Origin: Asterias rubens
Taxonomy: Eukaryota
Length of the DNA: 64,000 nucleotides
Assembly (NCBI RefSeq): GCF_902459465.1
Contig: NC_047063.1
Span: 18,414,001-18,478,000, forward strand
Direction of reading: 5' to 3'
Below the pieces are notes generated by a model. The model ran no database searches, was not told the DNA's origin, and saw nothing but the letters and a program-made list of their open reading frames with translations. The position numbers and the translations under genes were made by a program. Below, one piece after another: positions 37,762 through 51,200 of this stretch. Each line of letters begins with the position of its first letter. Position 1 is the stretch's first letter.

Positions 37762-39552
37762 GTGGAACCAGACTATTTTATTCACGGTCAGTGAGGATGG
37801 TATAATAGAGTCGAGTGTGAAAATGGTGAATGCGTTTTTTGGATGCGAGGATAGTCGGCCGTGAGTTGCCAACTGTTAACATTGTAATGGCTCAAACAAA
37901 TTCCATGAAAATGGTAGTGTGACCCGTCAACCAAGCAACCTCTAGAAATAAGTCATTTATGGCGTCGTGCTTTTAGTTGTTGGACTGAATGTAAAGGGTT
38001 CTGTTTTCATAGGCTAGGGTTTCAACGATTCTGACGCTATTCAAAGATTGCAGTAGGTTGGTGAAAATTGGTAGTGTGACCCTGTCAATCTCCAGAAATG
38101 CTATCGAGTCAAACATGGCGTCTTGCTCTAAGGTTGTTGGACTGACTCTTAAGGGCGCTGTTTTCATAGGCTTTCAACAATTGTGTTTTTATGGAATGCA
38201 AATAATATTTGACAAAGTCACTTCTGAGATTCAGTTTAATGGATCTTGATCTTGATGTCTTTTAAGAGAAGTTTAAATGCAAAAATTTGTAAAGCTTTTT
38301 TCCCTCTTCAGTCTACGTCTAATCTCGCAAGAAAGTCATCCATGAACTGTAGGCAGCAATTGTATCCACTACCTAAATTATGACATAAGTACAATTTCAG
38401 ATAGATTTTAAAAGAAAACCTAGATTGAAATAAAATCCTTGTTTGTTTCTGTGCCAAAACCAAGACAACTAGTGAAATGTTAGTAATGCACTCACAAAAT
38501 AATAGATTGCTTATTATTCAGTACTGAAAATGAGTGCTGAAAAAAGGCAATGCATTAAGCTTAGGGTTGGGGAGTAACAATAATAAAACTATAGGCAGAA
38601 TTTAATGCGTGTTGGTCTTAGAGGAACAGCTGTTAACAGCTCGTGAAACTTTTCAGCTCTGCAGCTGATGTCCTCAGTTGAAGTTTTTCAAAAATTGAAA
38701 AACACAAGAGGAAGCCTTGCGGTACCCGGAAAACTCCCTCTTTTTTTGGCAACCCGTTGTTGCATTCCTGAAGTATGGTTTATTAAAAGTAACGATACTA
38801 TTTATTTATTGTTTTGTTTTTGCTCAATTGTGTTTTTAAGTATGACGTAGGATTGTTATTAACCAAAAGGACTTCCGAACATTTCTTTTACTTTTTGTTT
38901 ACTTGATGATGGCACACAATAATCCCGATTATTGTCTTTTTCGAAAAAATACTGCCATTTTGTGATGATGTTATCTCTTAATTCTAAGAGTTTAATTTTG
39001 GTTAAAAAAAATCTAAATGAGTCGAAATCGCCGCTAAAATTACAATGTTTCCTTGCAACAAGACGACATGTGAATCCCAATTGAATAAATTCACCCTTTG
39101 AATGGAGTGACTGTTGTGAAATATTAAATTGAATAAACTCTTAACGAAAACCAAAACAATGTTTTGTTTATACCTTAATATAGAAGGTAGCATTCAATAA
39201 CTCCAATACTACACGCACAACTATTCTGTGAAATAGTTTTAGTAAGATGTTAGTAATTAACAGCAATTATAACACACCTCTTGCTTGTTCTGTATTCTGG
39301 GTGGCTGAAACACGATCACGTAGGATGAACTAATATAGTCCCGTGATCGTGTGCCCGTGTTTTACGAGAACTAGTTCCCGAGCGGGCACTAGTCTTAGAA
39401 AATGTGCCCGGTTACACTGCCCTCTCTTGACTTGAACCATGAACAGCAACTACAAAACTTCCTTTCTTTTCCAGATTTCTGTTCTTATTTCACATTTAAG
39501 ACCGAGCTGTGTTATAAAACACATATTGACAGGCATAATTCGGTAACTAGTG

Positions 39553-39675
39553 TACGTCTATTTCCCCTCAGGCCTGTGAGTGACCAGAAGAGGGGCCTAT
39601 TTCCCTCGGCCTTCGGCCTCTGAAAATACTAGTCGCTCTTCTGGTCACTTAAAGTCCCTCTTGGGAATAGACGTA
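39553..39675. mobile_element. About 123-bp hairpin element (TACGTCTATTTCCC...GTGACCAGAAGAG / CTCTTCTGGTCAC...GGGAATAGACGTA)
   Basis: Two blocks of inverted complementarity. Confidence 0.6.
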
Positions 39676-39821
39676 GCCTACAAAACTCTTTGCTACGTAT
39701 GACAAAACAAACTTTGCAATGGTATCTTATTTGTACTGTTTGTATAGAATTTGACTTTAAAAACACCAACTAAACTTTTCCTTTTGAGAGATTTGGTTGG
39801 AAACTATGACACCTCTATGTG

Positions 39822-39962
39822 TTTTTGCTTCTCTTTTGAAGCCTTCTGAAAAGGTTTTTGCTTCTCTTTTGAAGTCTTCTGAAAAGGTTTTTGCTTCTCT
39901 TTTGAAGTCTTCTGAAAAGGTTTCAGCTTCTCTTTTGAAGTCTTCTGAAAAGGTTTCAGCTT
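39822..39962. repeat. About 31-bp tandem repeat (GCTTCTCTTTTGAAGTCTTCTGAAAAGGTTT) x about 4.5
   Basis: Read directly. Confidence 0.9.
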
Positions 39963-41270
39963 ACATTAAACTACTCTCCCATTTCTTCAGACTTTTGCAA
40001 AATATCTTTAAAGGCACTTGACTCCTTTGGTAATTGTCAAAGGCCGTACTTCTCACTAGGTGTATCCCAACATGCATAAATTAACAAATCTGTGAAAATT
40101 TGGACTCAGATTTGTCATCGATGTTGCAAGAGAATAATGAAAGAAAAAACACCCTTGAGTCACAACTTTGTGTGCTTTCAGATGCCTAATAAAAGGCTTC
40201 AGGCCTGAAGTCTTTTAATATTTGAGTGAAAAATTACTTCTTTCCCAAAAGCTACGCTACTTCAGAGGGAGTAATTTCTTACAAAGTTTTATACTATCAT
40301 TACGTGATGTTGCCGCAAACCTTATTCTATCGTATTTCCACCATGCAAAGTTTCAAATCCTACTCACTTCTTACCAGTTCAAATTGACAATGTTAAAAGA
40401 AAATATGGACAAGTGAAAATGCAGAGGGCCTAGTCACAAGCTAACTGATCATGATGAATAGTCACTAAGATAGTTCAGGGCAAACCCTGCTAAGGTATTT
40501 TTTTAAACCTAGTATACTGTGTTTGTTACTCAACATCGTATTCAGGATTCAGAAATTCACGATAGGGTAATTCAAATTGACTGTGAAAGTATCCAATAGG
40601 CCTTAGTGTTTCATTTTGATATACATTTGGTTTGCGGTAACACCATAGACCTTATCGCAAATACCAATGCGCAAGCGCAGACTGTTGAATGAGGTGCATT
40701 GTGGGATAGATATGGATCAAATTTTGATACCAGCAAGACCACAATGCACCTAATTCCAAGCTTTACGCGCGTGCCCCGGTATTTGCGATAAGGTCTATTG
40801 TGTGTATCTACTTGCCAGGTTGAGTTTGTTCTTAGCTAGAACTGTCAGTCCCTACTACTGCGGAGTAAATTTATTGGATTGTTCGGGTAAAATCTGAAAA
40901 GAGTTGTCCTGCTTTTTAACTAGTACCGCGGTAGTGCAGTTAGAAACGATCCTCTAAGCTTAAGTAGTTATCCCAGCCAAATTTCTATACATCTGCCCAG
41001 GGAGTATTGGTAGTAGATACACACATGGTGTTACCGCAAACCAACTTTTTGATATCTTCATTGCCTCAAATCCTATATATTATAATTTAGTGTACAGTTT
41101 TATTTTTTGAGTGAACGAACTATGGAGATTGCACCCTCATACGGTTGGCTAGATAGTTCATCTGGTTGAGTGCTGGCATGTAAAGTCAAGTTCGCACATA
41201 CATGTAAGGACCATTTTACGACTAGCAGCTGATATTAACTGGTACTCGTACTCAAAACTAGTATTGTATA

Positions 41271-41540
41271 ATAATAATAATAATAATAATTATAACAAAT
41301 TCTTATATAGCGCATTTCACAATAACCGTATCAGTGCGCTTTACTAATGTAAAGCGCTGGTCATAGAGCCAATAACATCCATGTAACGCTCCCTGGGGAG
41401 TATACAGCCCTGAGCTGCCTGTAAGGCGCTTGTGGCTTTTTCATACACAATATCAACCTCTACCCTCGCAGTTACCCATTTATACCCCTGGGTGAAGAGA
41501 AGCAATTTTAGTAAAGTATCTTGCTCAAGGACACAAGTGT
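41271..41540 (-). mobile_element. CORE-type SINE with (TTA)n tail; related fragments at about 22760-22860, 37340-37480 and 62230-62330
   Basis: Minus strand reads GTGTCCTTGAGCAAGATACTTTAC...CTCTTCACCCAGGGGTATAAATGGG (CORE-like) and ends AAATGCGCTATATAAG plus a (TTA)n tail. Confidence 0.7.
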
Positions 41541-43160
41541 ATACCAGGCAATATCAACGACTAGTCAACTTAAGTCCTTGTTTGAACTTGGCCCAAGCTT
41601 GGAAGTTGCAGATTCAAATCCAGTTCAAGTTGAATATTTTTCTTAGTTCACCCAGAAATGAATCATATTTACCCGGGCAGTTTTCCTTGCCGTTTATTAC
41701 TCGATCATAATTATTATAGCTGATGAAGCCGCCAAATCATGTATTGGGATTAAGTTGGACATAAATTTAATATTTATCTCTCGCCAGCCACTTCTGAGGT
41801 TGAATGGAAATTTGGGTGTGATCGGTGGCTATATGGCATTTACTAGTTGTATGGCTTCCGAATAGCACCCCCAAAGAGAAATACTGACAAAATAGTAAGA
41901 CTGCCAATAAAGGGGCTAGATAGCTCAGTTGGGGTGTGATTTCGCAGCTGTAACCAAAAAACGGTTTCGGTCATTGGCCAGTGATTAACCACGACCTCCC
42001 CCAAACAAACAAACAAAAACTTATCACATGGTTTCAATGAAATAAGATTCAAGAATGTCCGTCTTAATGCACAAATTGTTCTCTTTGAAAAAAAATTGAT
42101 TGTTCTTTTTGAAATATTAATGCAAGTAAAATATTGAATGCTGGCTTAAAAAAAATACCAATGTTTTTAAATGTTTTAATTTTTGATCACACCATTGGAT
42201 ATGTTTTGGTTCCTATATATTTCGGCCGAAACTAGGTTCTTCAGTGTCCTTGTGGACATGTGATCCCAACACTGCACCGTAGGGGTCACACATCGAGGAA
42301 GGCCCTAAAGTAGTAGTCGCGGTCGATTTTCTACCTTCCGCACAGGTACTCGTTAAAAAGTAGGACAGTTCTTTTCAGAACTGAGAAGTCTCCCTGGTTC
42401 TGAAAAACTACTCCACAGTAGTAGAATATAAAGCAACAAGTTCTTTAAAAACAAAATCTACCTGGCAAGTAGACACACACATGGTGTTACCGCAAACCAA
42501 GTACATGAATATACTGTACTGAAGTATCGGTCGCAAATTTCAGGTACGGATATATTTCCAGTGTTTTGATCAAAAGTTAAACATTTTTAAAACGTTAAAG
42601 TGTATCGAAATTACCAATAGTAATCTATGTGCCTACTACTACTAAATATTTCAGTGTGAATGGTGTGCATTGAAAATGCGCACTTCTTTTTGTATTGTGT
42701 AAAATATGCAATTCTCACTGGATGTGTTAGATTTCTTTTGTGAAACATTGTCCTACAAAATCGGTTGTTAATATCAGAGATATCAATAACAAAGCAATCA
42801 CTTTTCATATATTACCTTGTCATGTGGCCATGGGGGGCAATAAAATTAGAAGAAAAATGTTAATTATGAATTACTAAGTGTCTTTTTTTTACAGTTGGTT
42901 CTCATTTTTGTTTGTGTAACAGCACTAGTCTCTATAGGTCATGTGCATGTACACCAACGCCATTGTGATTTGTAGCTTAGATATGAATAAACCAAAGATT
43001 CAACAGAATTATACGAATTGCATTGAGCAGTTCGTCCACAACATAATTTATAGAAGTGTTGTTATGAGGTATCGCCTAACAACACAGACTGGACGACCAC
43101 TTCAAGGTGAAGGCTACAATTAACCGACTTGGGCTTGCAACCCAGATCAACTGTCACCAG

Positions 43161-43395
43161 GGCCCAATTTCATAGAACTGCTAAGCACAAAAATTTGCTT
43201 AGCATAAAATGTCTTGCTTGACAAAAACAGGATTACCAACCAATTTTCCACATGATTTTCAGGATAAGCAAAGAACAGCTGAATACCAGTAACAAGCAGT
43301 ATGCAAAAAATTTTGGTTGGTAATCCTGTTTTTATCAAGGAAGAAATTTCATGCTAAGCAAATTTTTGTGCTTAGCAGCTCTATGAAATTGGGCC
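43161..43395. mobile_element. Harbinger/PIF-like MITE (TIR GGCCCAATTTCATAGARCTGCTAAGCAC) with CAG TSD; relatives at 12288-12436, 29045-29155, 63397-63545
   Basis: Long TIRs with CAG at 43158-43160 and 43396-43398; the relatives have CWG flanks. Confidence 0.75.
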
Positions 43396-44926
43396 CAGGG
43401 GCATGTTTCAATCTACTTTGTTGGCTGAAACAGGGTTCCCCTTCAAAGTAGGGATGGGTAAAAACCACGTCTTAGGAGCCTGGTTGGTAGAGCAGAATGC
43501 CCTGTACCATCTCCATTTAATTTTTTTTTATGAAGCAATTATTGCCAAGTGCCTTGCTCAATAACACAAGTGTTATTACCAAGTTTGTTTTTCAATGAAA
43601 AAAGTAATTTTTTCTTAATTTAGATACATTAAAAAAAATTAAAAAATTCCCTCTTTTTTGTCACTTATTTTGACGAAAACTCTACTGTTAAACAATAATA
43701 AGTAATTCATGAAAGCATTATCTTATTTCAAAAAAATGTTTATTGCTATCAACATTGGAACATCAAAACACAAAAATATAAACAAGAAACATATATCAAG
43801 AAACATTTTGTTTGTCAACATGTGACTTGCTTGATAAATAGCATCAACAATAACAACGACCTCTGAAGAACTGATACAAAATCTTTGTACAAAATGTACC
43901 AAAACAACTTGCTGTCAATAAAACTTGACAAGAAATAGAACCAACTGCCTTCGCTCTAAAGCCAACAGCAATATTTGCACAAAACCTCCCTAAGAAAAAT
44001 CTTTTTCTAAATGTAATAAAAACAGGGCACCAGTCAAAACAATGTTAGTGACGTTCGTTTTTGATGAGCAATTTCTTTTCTGCGCTAAGCAATGTTTGTT
44101 GCTTACGGAAAATTATGAAAATGGTCGCCGGTACTTCCAAAACCGAACCGTAGAGTTATAAAATAGTAAGTTGCACCGTCCCTTAATGGGCTTGAATCAA
44201 AATGGGTGAACACAGAAAAATCATGCTCAGCAAAAAACAGGTTACCAACCAAAATGCCATGTGCAGTATATTGTTTGTGACTTGTTCCCTGCAGATATTT
44301 GCTTAGCAAAAAATTGCTAAGTTTCTTTTTTTGTTCATTAACAATTTTGGGCTTATGAAATTTAGCCCTGATCTTCGTCATCAATTCTTTCAGTGTATAG
44401 TGAAGCTGGTAAATCATCCTCTTTCTTAAATACACCGTCATTTATCAACAGGAAGGCAAAACATTATTATAGAAAGACAACAAGCAAAATGGCAAGCTTG
44501 CAAACAATGAAAACAATAACTCAAACAGGGTGGCAATTAAAGAACTGGTGGATTAAGGTTTGATAAAAGTTTTCATGATTATTAAGACTAAAGGTCAAAT
44601 CAATGGACTCTGGCTACAGCTGAGACAACATTGAAGCTACAACTTCCGCCCGAGCCATTAATTTGGACACAGCATTAGCTTTTTGCTATTTAATCTCGTT
44701 CCTTTTTCAATGCAACAAGTCAACAATCTGCAATTGGCAGTAACCAGTCCAAACATGATTTATAGTTATTCTTCCAAATTTAACAAACGTAAACAAAAAC
44801 AAAGTCTGCTTGACTTTTGTTTTATACAAAAATAGATCAGCCCTTGCTGAATTCTTCGGCTTTTTCTTGTCAAGTGTACATGTACATGTACATAATGTTT
44901 GTATTGGACCCATATGAAGTTATATA

Positions 44927-45383
44927 TATTGACTAGAGCGCTAACTTGCTCTGCGTTTTGAAGCCCCCCTGGGCGTAGACATGTTTGATGTGTTGCTTGA
45001 CTGTATACGGAATGATTTTAATTTTAAGAGAACACACATTGCCGCGATATTTTTACATTCAGTGCCCATCCGCGTACATCCGCGCTACGAAAACCGTAAG
45101 TTCGACTTGATTGACATAATAAAAAAAGTATACGCGCCTTAAACATAACGCACATGACGCTCGCAGTTTGTACGCTCATCAGCAGATTGTGCGTTCACAT
45201 TTGCTGCATTTTTTGGTTAGATGACACATAGAAAAGAACAAACGCACTATCATGCAAATAGCCGTACAATTGCCGTACAAAAATTCAAGCTTTTGTATTG
45301 GTTTGTACATAAACATGGATGTGCCCACACGGCTTCAAAACCAATAGTGCGTGTCTAACAGGGTGTTGGCGCTCTAGTCAATA
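44927..45383. mobile_element. About 457-bp TIR element (TATTGACTAGAGCGC...GCGCTCTAGTCAATA)
   Basis: 15-bp perfect TIR plus an inner imperfect inverted block (GTTTTGAAGCC / GGCTTCAAAAC). Confidence 0.7.
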
Positions 45384-48284
45384 AATATAGCTCTATGATT
45401 GGACCACTTTAAAATAGACTGTGCAGGTCTCACATGCAACGAAAAATACACAAACAAATTTCCAAATAAACCTACATGTAGATTTTTCTATGAACTCAAT
45501 CCTTTGAAAAATTGTATTTTTTTATTTTCAAGATTTTTGTTAAAACTAAGTTCTGGAAAATAAAATACCCAAAGCACCTTGTTGTAAATACAATGTCATT
45601 TTTAAGCATTTTGTTAAAATTGACATTGAAACAAATGTAAAACTTGGGACTAGGATGCTTGTTTTTAAGAAGTCCCATTTGCAAATCATGCCCGAGCTTG
45701 TTTGACCAAAACATTATGTTTAATTATACATGTCATATGAGCATCAGTTGGGCAGAATTCTGAATTGGTTACAAGTAATCAAAAATGGAGGTCAACTCTT
45801 ATCCTCTGGTTTTCTTAAAAAATGTATTTTTCACTTTCGTATATTTCATGGCTTAGTAAGACTTTTCAAACAATATGACATGGTTTTTATAACCAAAAAC
45901 TAAAGCATTTGAAGAAACAGGATCACATATACGTAAAACTCAATTATGGTTGGGGCCAACTTGTCCCCTGGATGTTTGAGTATGCACGAGACTTGCACAG
46001 TCCGTTGTCAAATAAAGACCAAGATAATTATCTAAAAAAATAATATTAAGTGAAGTTATTTGGGGCTCCCACTAAACTTTGGCATGAAATATAACACTTC
46101 GATATAAAGTCAACATTATTTCATTGTGGACTTCTTTTTCTTCCGTAAACCAAAACAAAATGCAAGGTTTCTGTCCTATGAGTTGAGAAAGGTTTCGGGT
46201 AGTAAAAAAAAAGGTACCAAAAGCATCTATGTACCTTCAAAATATAAATAAATAACCCTGACAGTTATGAATACAATAAGTGTAATAAAAATGCATATTT
46301 GAAGGGTAGTTTGCCACTTCTCTACATTTACAAATATTAAATAAATACAAAATAAGGTATAAAAATAAATACAGCATTGCAACTATTGGCCAGATGTCTT
46401 TTAGTTTAGGGGTCATGCTATAAACTTCATGGCCGTCATGTCTGCATCTTTCTGGCATTTCTCATTTGGGGGGTTGAAAAATGAAATCAAGGCCTCAGAA
46501 AAAACTGCTTAGCGAATTTCTGATATGCATTATAATGCCCCGTTGCAAATTGGCGCATAATATGAAATGATACACGAATGTATCCTGCAGTGAACATATT
46601 AAATGAATACCACCGAGAATATAGTTCTAAAGTTTTCAAGTCCAGCATAATTCATCTCGGAATAAAAGATGCTGTGGTTTTCTGTATTTCTATAAAAACC
46701 TATAGTCAACAGTAGCACCCAATTATAAAAAGCCTGTACGCACAAAAACTTGGCAAAAACTAAGCCAGTACATTCTTGCTTAGCAGATACAGGTTACCTG
46801 CCAAAAATCTATGAAGCTGGCATTACTGCAACTGGTTCCCCACTCATTTCCTGCCTAGCACAGAAATTTGCTAAGCAATTTTTCTCTGCTTAACAGCTTT
46901 ATGAATGTGTTCTCAAAACTGCTTACAGCAAATTTCTGCACTTATAGCAAGTAGAATCACACGCTTTACTAGGCACTGTACAGACATTAAAGGCACTGGA
47001 CACTTTTGGTAAATGTCAAAGATCAGTATTCTCACTTGGTGTGTCCCAGTATGCATAAACTAACAAACTTGTGAACATTTTGGCTCAATTGGTCATCAAA
47101 GTTGCAAGAAAATAATGAAATAAAAGACACCCTTCTTGCTCAAAATTTGTGTACTTTCAGAAGCCTAACTTAAAAGGATTCATACCTGAAGTTTTATAAT
47201 ATTTAAGTGAGAAATTACCTCTTTCTCAAAAACTAACAGAAACAATGTTTTATACTATCAACAGCTCCCCATTAACAAATAAGTTTTAATGCTAACAATT
47301 ACTTTGAGTATTTACCAATGGTGTCCAGTGCCTTTAAGTCTGCCACGCGTTATTCAATAAATAATAATAAAGCAATTTTTATCGCGGTACAGAAAGATGT
47401 CAATTGAAATGGGTCTCGAGTATCAAAAGTTTTACGTTCGATTGAAGCGATGTAGACACAATTACTGAGCCGCAGTTCAAGTTTGCTGCAAAGATACAGT
47501 TCAAGTACATGTACAACTGCATAGTGCGACAATTAAAGCGGTCACCAAGGTCAACTTAATTTTGTGGTGCACTCATTTTCCAAAATACAAAGTCCTAAAT
47601 AAAATATGGAAATTAATTCCAGCAGCTAAATCCCATTGTGTTTAATACCCTTCAAGTTCCTTTTTTTTCTTTTTCCAAAAGCGCAAAAAAACGTAACAAT
47701 AAAAACAAAGTGTGGTTTGTAACTTTTGTACAAAGATTTTTCAGTTGACATTTGAATTCCGTTGATAGTCAAACAAAAAGGCATTGAATTTAAGCTTATG
47801 ACTTGTGCAGAAATTCCTCTTTGAAATACACAGACCAATATGTTTTTGACGATGACATTATTTTTCTGAAAAAGTGTCAAATATCACAATTTCCACCATC
47901 TTTAACAAGAGGTATAGAGACTTTTCCCCTGCTTTCAAGAGGATTCTGTCTAGTGGTAAATGACGGAATCACAAAACCCATTTTGACCTGGGAGCCTTTC
48001 TTTAAGTGTCAGAGTTACTGGGTACGCACTAGACCATACATACCGGCCAATGTTAATCAAATACATCACACAAAAGTCTCACCTTATTACTCATAAAACA
48101 GAAAAAATTAAACACATCTTTCGTTGATAATGGTCCAAGAGACTTTGTCTTGAGTCCAATTTCAAAGAGCTGCCGAAGCCGATTGCTGAACAAAATAAAA
48201 AAACCAAGCAGGGAAAGACATGATATTTTGATTGGTACCCTAGTTTAGGTACTCAACATTGCTCACAGTTGTGCTTTAACAGCT

Positions 48285-51200
48285 CTATAAACTTGGATCC
48301 AGGTTTGATCGAATTGGAGGCAAGACATGCTTTTTGCCTGAATAAGTACGCATTGGTCGCTTACCATCCCAGGGGACCTTTGGGTCACTGATAAAACCTG
48401 CGAAACTCCCAAGGATAGATGGCGTGCTTGTTTTACGATTTGATGGGATGACCCTGGACGTAGACGTGCAGATCGTAGTAGATTTATTGCAGCTTTTACC
48501 GTTCTGGTAGTGGTTGTTGTTTCGGTCGTGCATAACATTTCGAACAGGAACGGCGGTCTTGTGATGTGAGTCCTTGTTTGCGTTAGCTTTACTCTTAAGT
48601 AAGAATGAGTTGTATTCCTCAGTCCATTTGCAGGTGATGTTCGGAGCCAAGACTATCTCAGTTGGAGATTGCTTGGCGACTTGCTTATGGGATTTGGTCC
48701 GAGTTGTCTTTTTACGTGGGGTCTTCGATGCTAGACGAGGTTTCTTTGAAGATGTTGTGGTTGGAGGCATTGTACCAGACTGAGAAGCATTTCGCAGATG
48801 GTATCGTCTTGTCTCGCCAAAGTTCTTACCGCAATCCTTTGATTCAGAGTTTGAACTGCTTAGGCAGTGGCTAACTGTACTGTGAGTTGTTCTGAGATTG
48901 TACCTGCCAGTCATGGCTTCATCTGTTTGTTCTGGCTCAAGGTTCCTCTTAACCAACTTTGCACTTTTCTTTGGCCTCATTTTACACTCATTAACACCTC
49001 TCCCAGTCGGAAGAGAAGAACCCTCTACAGCTTTGGTTCCGTTAGAAGTTTCCTTCACCTGATTTTGAAGCTCTACATTTGGAACAGAACAGCTCTCTGC
49101 AGGTCTCTTTCTGCCACTTAGAGACCACCTGCAGTTCACGTCTGGGACCAACTCAAAATCACTACAGTCCGAGTCTGAGTCTTTACTCTTGTCTTTAATG
49201 GGACATGGGGAAGCCGCCGAACTATTAACCTGCTTAACCGTCTCTGCTGTTCCAGAGTTAACCACCCCAAATGACCCCCCTTCAATTACAGTTAATTTCC
49301 CGTCTTCATAGACAAATCGTTTGGATTTGCCACTTTGGGAAATTGCTTCAGATGTTTGCGCCAACTGATTTAAAACATAGGCTTCAGGCTCTGGTTTCTG
49401 AACTGGGGTAGGACTTAGCTCCCTAACAGCTGTTTCTTCATTGCAACTTTGCATTGAATTAATGGTCTTGTTGTACTCACTAGCACACACTGCAATCAAC
49501 GATTCCAGAAGTATCTCCTTCGACTCTTTAATAACTTCAGTTTCCTGTTTCACAGTTTGGCCTTGATCCCCTTTCTTTGTTGGACTATCAAAGTCTGTGC
49601 TGATCATCATGACGCTGCCTTCTTGTGATGTACAGCTGGATGGGGAATCCGGAAGCAAGTCTTTGTGGTCATATGAACTATCTAGACCCACTCCAACTTT
49701 GTAGAGGCTGGACTCATTTTGGCAACAAGATATTTCTTGAAAAGCTCTGTGTTTTTCCTCGTTTGGGCTCAGTTCTTCAAAACTGCCTTGATTATCTGAG
49801 TTGTTGGGTATTTCATTCTGTGGTTCGAAAGTTGGCAATTTGTTCGCCAACTCTTGATCGGTGGATTGAGAGTCGACAGAGAGTTGATGTCCAGGGAGAA
49901 TGTGGTTTGGCAACTGTTGCTGGTCATTTGGGTTTTGGATGGCAGAATCGGTGGAGACTGTTGGTTGGCTAGCTGATTCCAGGCTGACCAACTGTTCTTG
50001 TTGAACAGAGTTAGTGTTCGTGCTTGAGTTGTCAACAGACTCTGCATTGATTGGCTGTTGGTAGATGCAATCCTGGTTGGTTGAAGGTGAGTGGGTCAAT
50101 TGTGATTCGTTGGAAGACTGGTCTACATTTGGGCTAAGACAGGTAACAGGTTTTAAGTCGGCTGAGCATTGGCCGATAGACTGCTGCTTGATTGATTCCA
50201 AATTTTGTTGACTGGAATCATTCTCCATGACAGAGTTTATGGTTGAATCAGAGGTGTTAAGCTGCTCACAAGATGATTCGTGGGTGACTGATTCAAAGAA
50301 ATCCAACTGCTCTTCAGTGGGAACCACAAGTTGGGTCAGAGCTGGCTCAGAGTTGGCTAACTGTTGCTGGTTCGTCGAATCCAAGCAGATCAACTGCTGA
50401 TCGATTGAATTCACTGATAGAGTGGAGCTAGCGGCTCTGTCAGAGTTCAACAACTGTTGATGAGGTGACTGCTGTTTAACGGACTTTAAGCTCATCGACT
50501 GCTCTTGTCCAGCTATATATTGGTCGCTTCCCTGGGGATTATTCCACGGTTGGTCAATGGGTTGCTGCTTTACCATTTCTTGGCAGCTACTTTGAGTTGT
50601 TGATGTGTTGGCTTCCGACAGTGGACTTGTTGAATCCCGACCGTTCAAATTAATTCCAACGAAATTGTCATCCTTGTCGACAAAAGTTGCTCTCAGTCTA
50701 CTGATGGTATTTTGAAGACTTTTACACTTCTCGGTTTTTGTTTTCTGAATCGGTTTGGCATCCCGACACAGACCCACGCTATCTGTTTGAAAGGCCTGGG
50801 TATAAGGCGCAGGTTTGTGGCAGTGGACGATGGAATCCTCCAACCATGAATCCATCTCATTCCAGTTCAGTACATGCGACGCTGGATCTACAATCCCATC
50901 AACTTCTTTAATGGCCGCCCACTGTGCACTCATCTGCTCAGCGTCCATGGCAGGTTCCGACAAAACATCCTCTTCCATCAGACTCGCTTGCGGCAGCTTA
51001 TCGAAGTTCTGAAACCAGGTATCCATGTCCAATGGGATTTCAGTGGAGTTGTAGATATTCTGCATCAGGGGAGTTTCAGAGATGATTTCGTTGTCAGCAG
51101 AATCTTGCAGGAAAGACTCTGCCGTGTAGTTCTCTGCATCTTCACCTAGACTTCCACGTGTTGAATCAAGAGAGCTTTCAAACAACTTGGTGTATTGTCT

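Noticed and set aside
37759-38015. Possible selenocysteine readthrough (IPO9 TGA stop plus ATGA...GA hairpin)
   Set aside because: The stop matches the homologous C-terminus, and the hairpin lacks SECIS geometry (no AUGA/GA quartet with an 11-12 bp stem and AA loop).
38400-48200. Search for additional genes, zinc-finger exons or snoRNAs in the 10-kb gap
   Set aside because: Only AT-rich sequence and repeats were seen. Listed ORFs such as 44103-44441 have no coding signature or compatible splice sites, and no convincing C/D or H/ACA box arrangement was found by eye.
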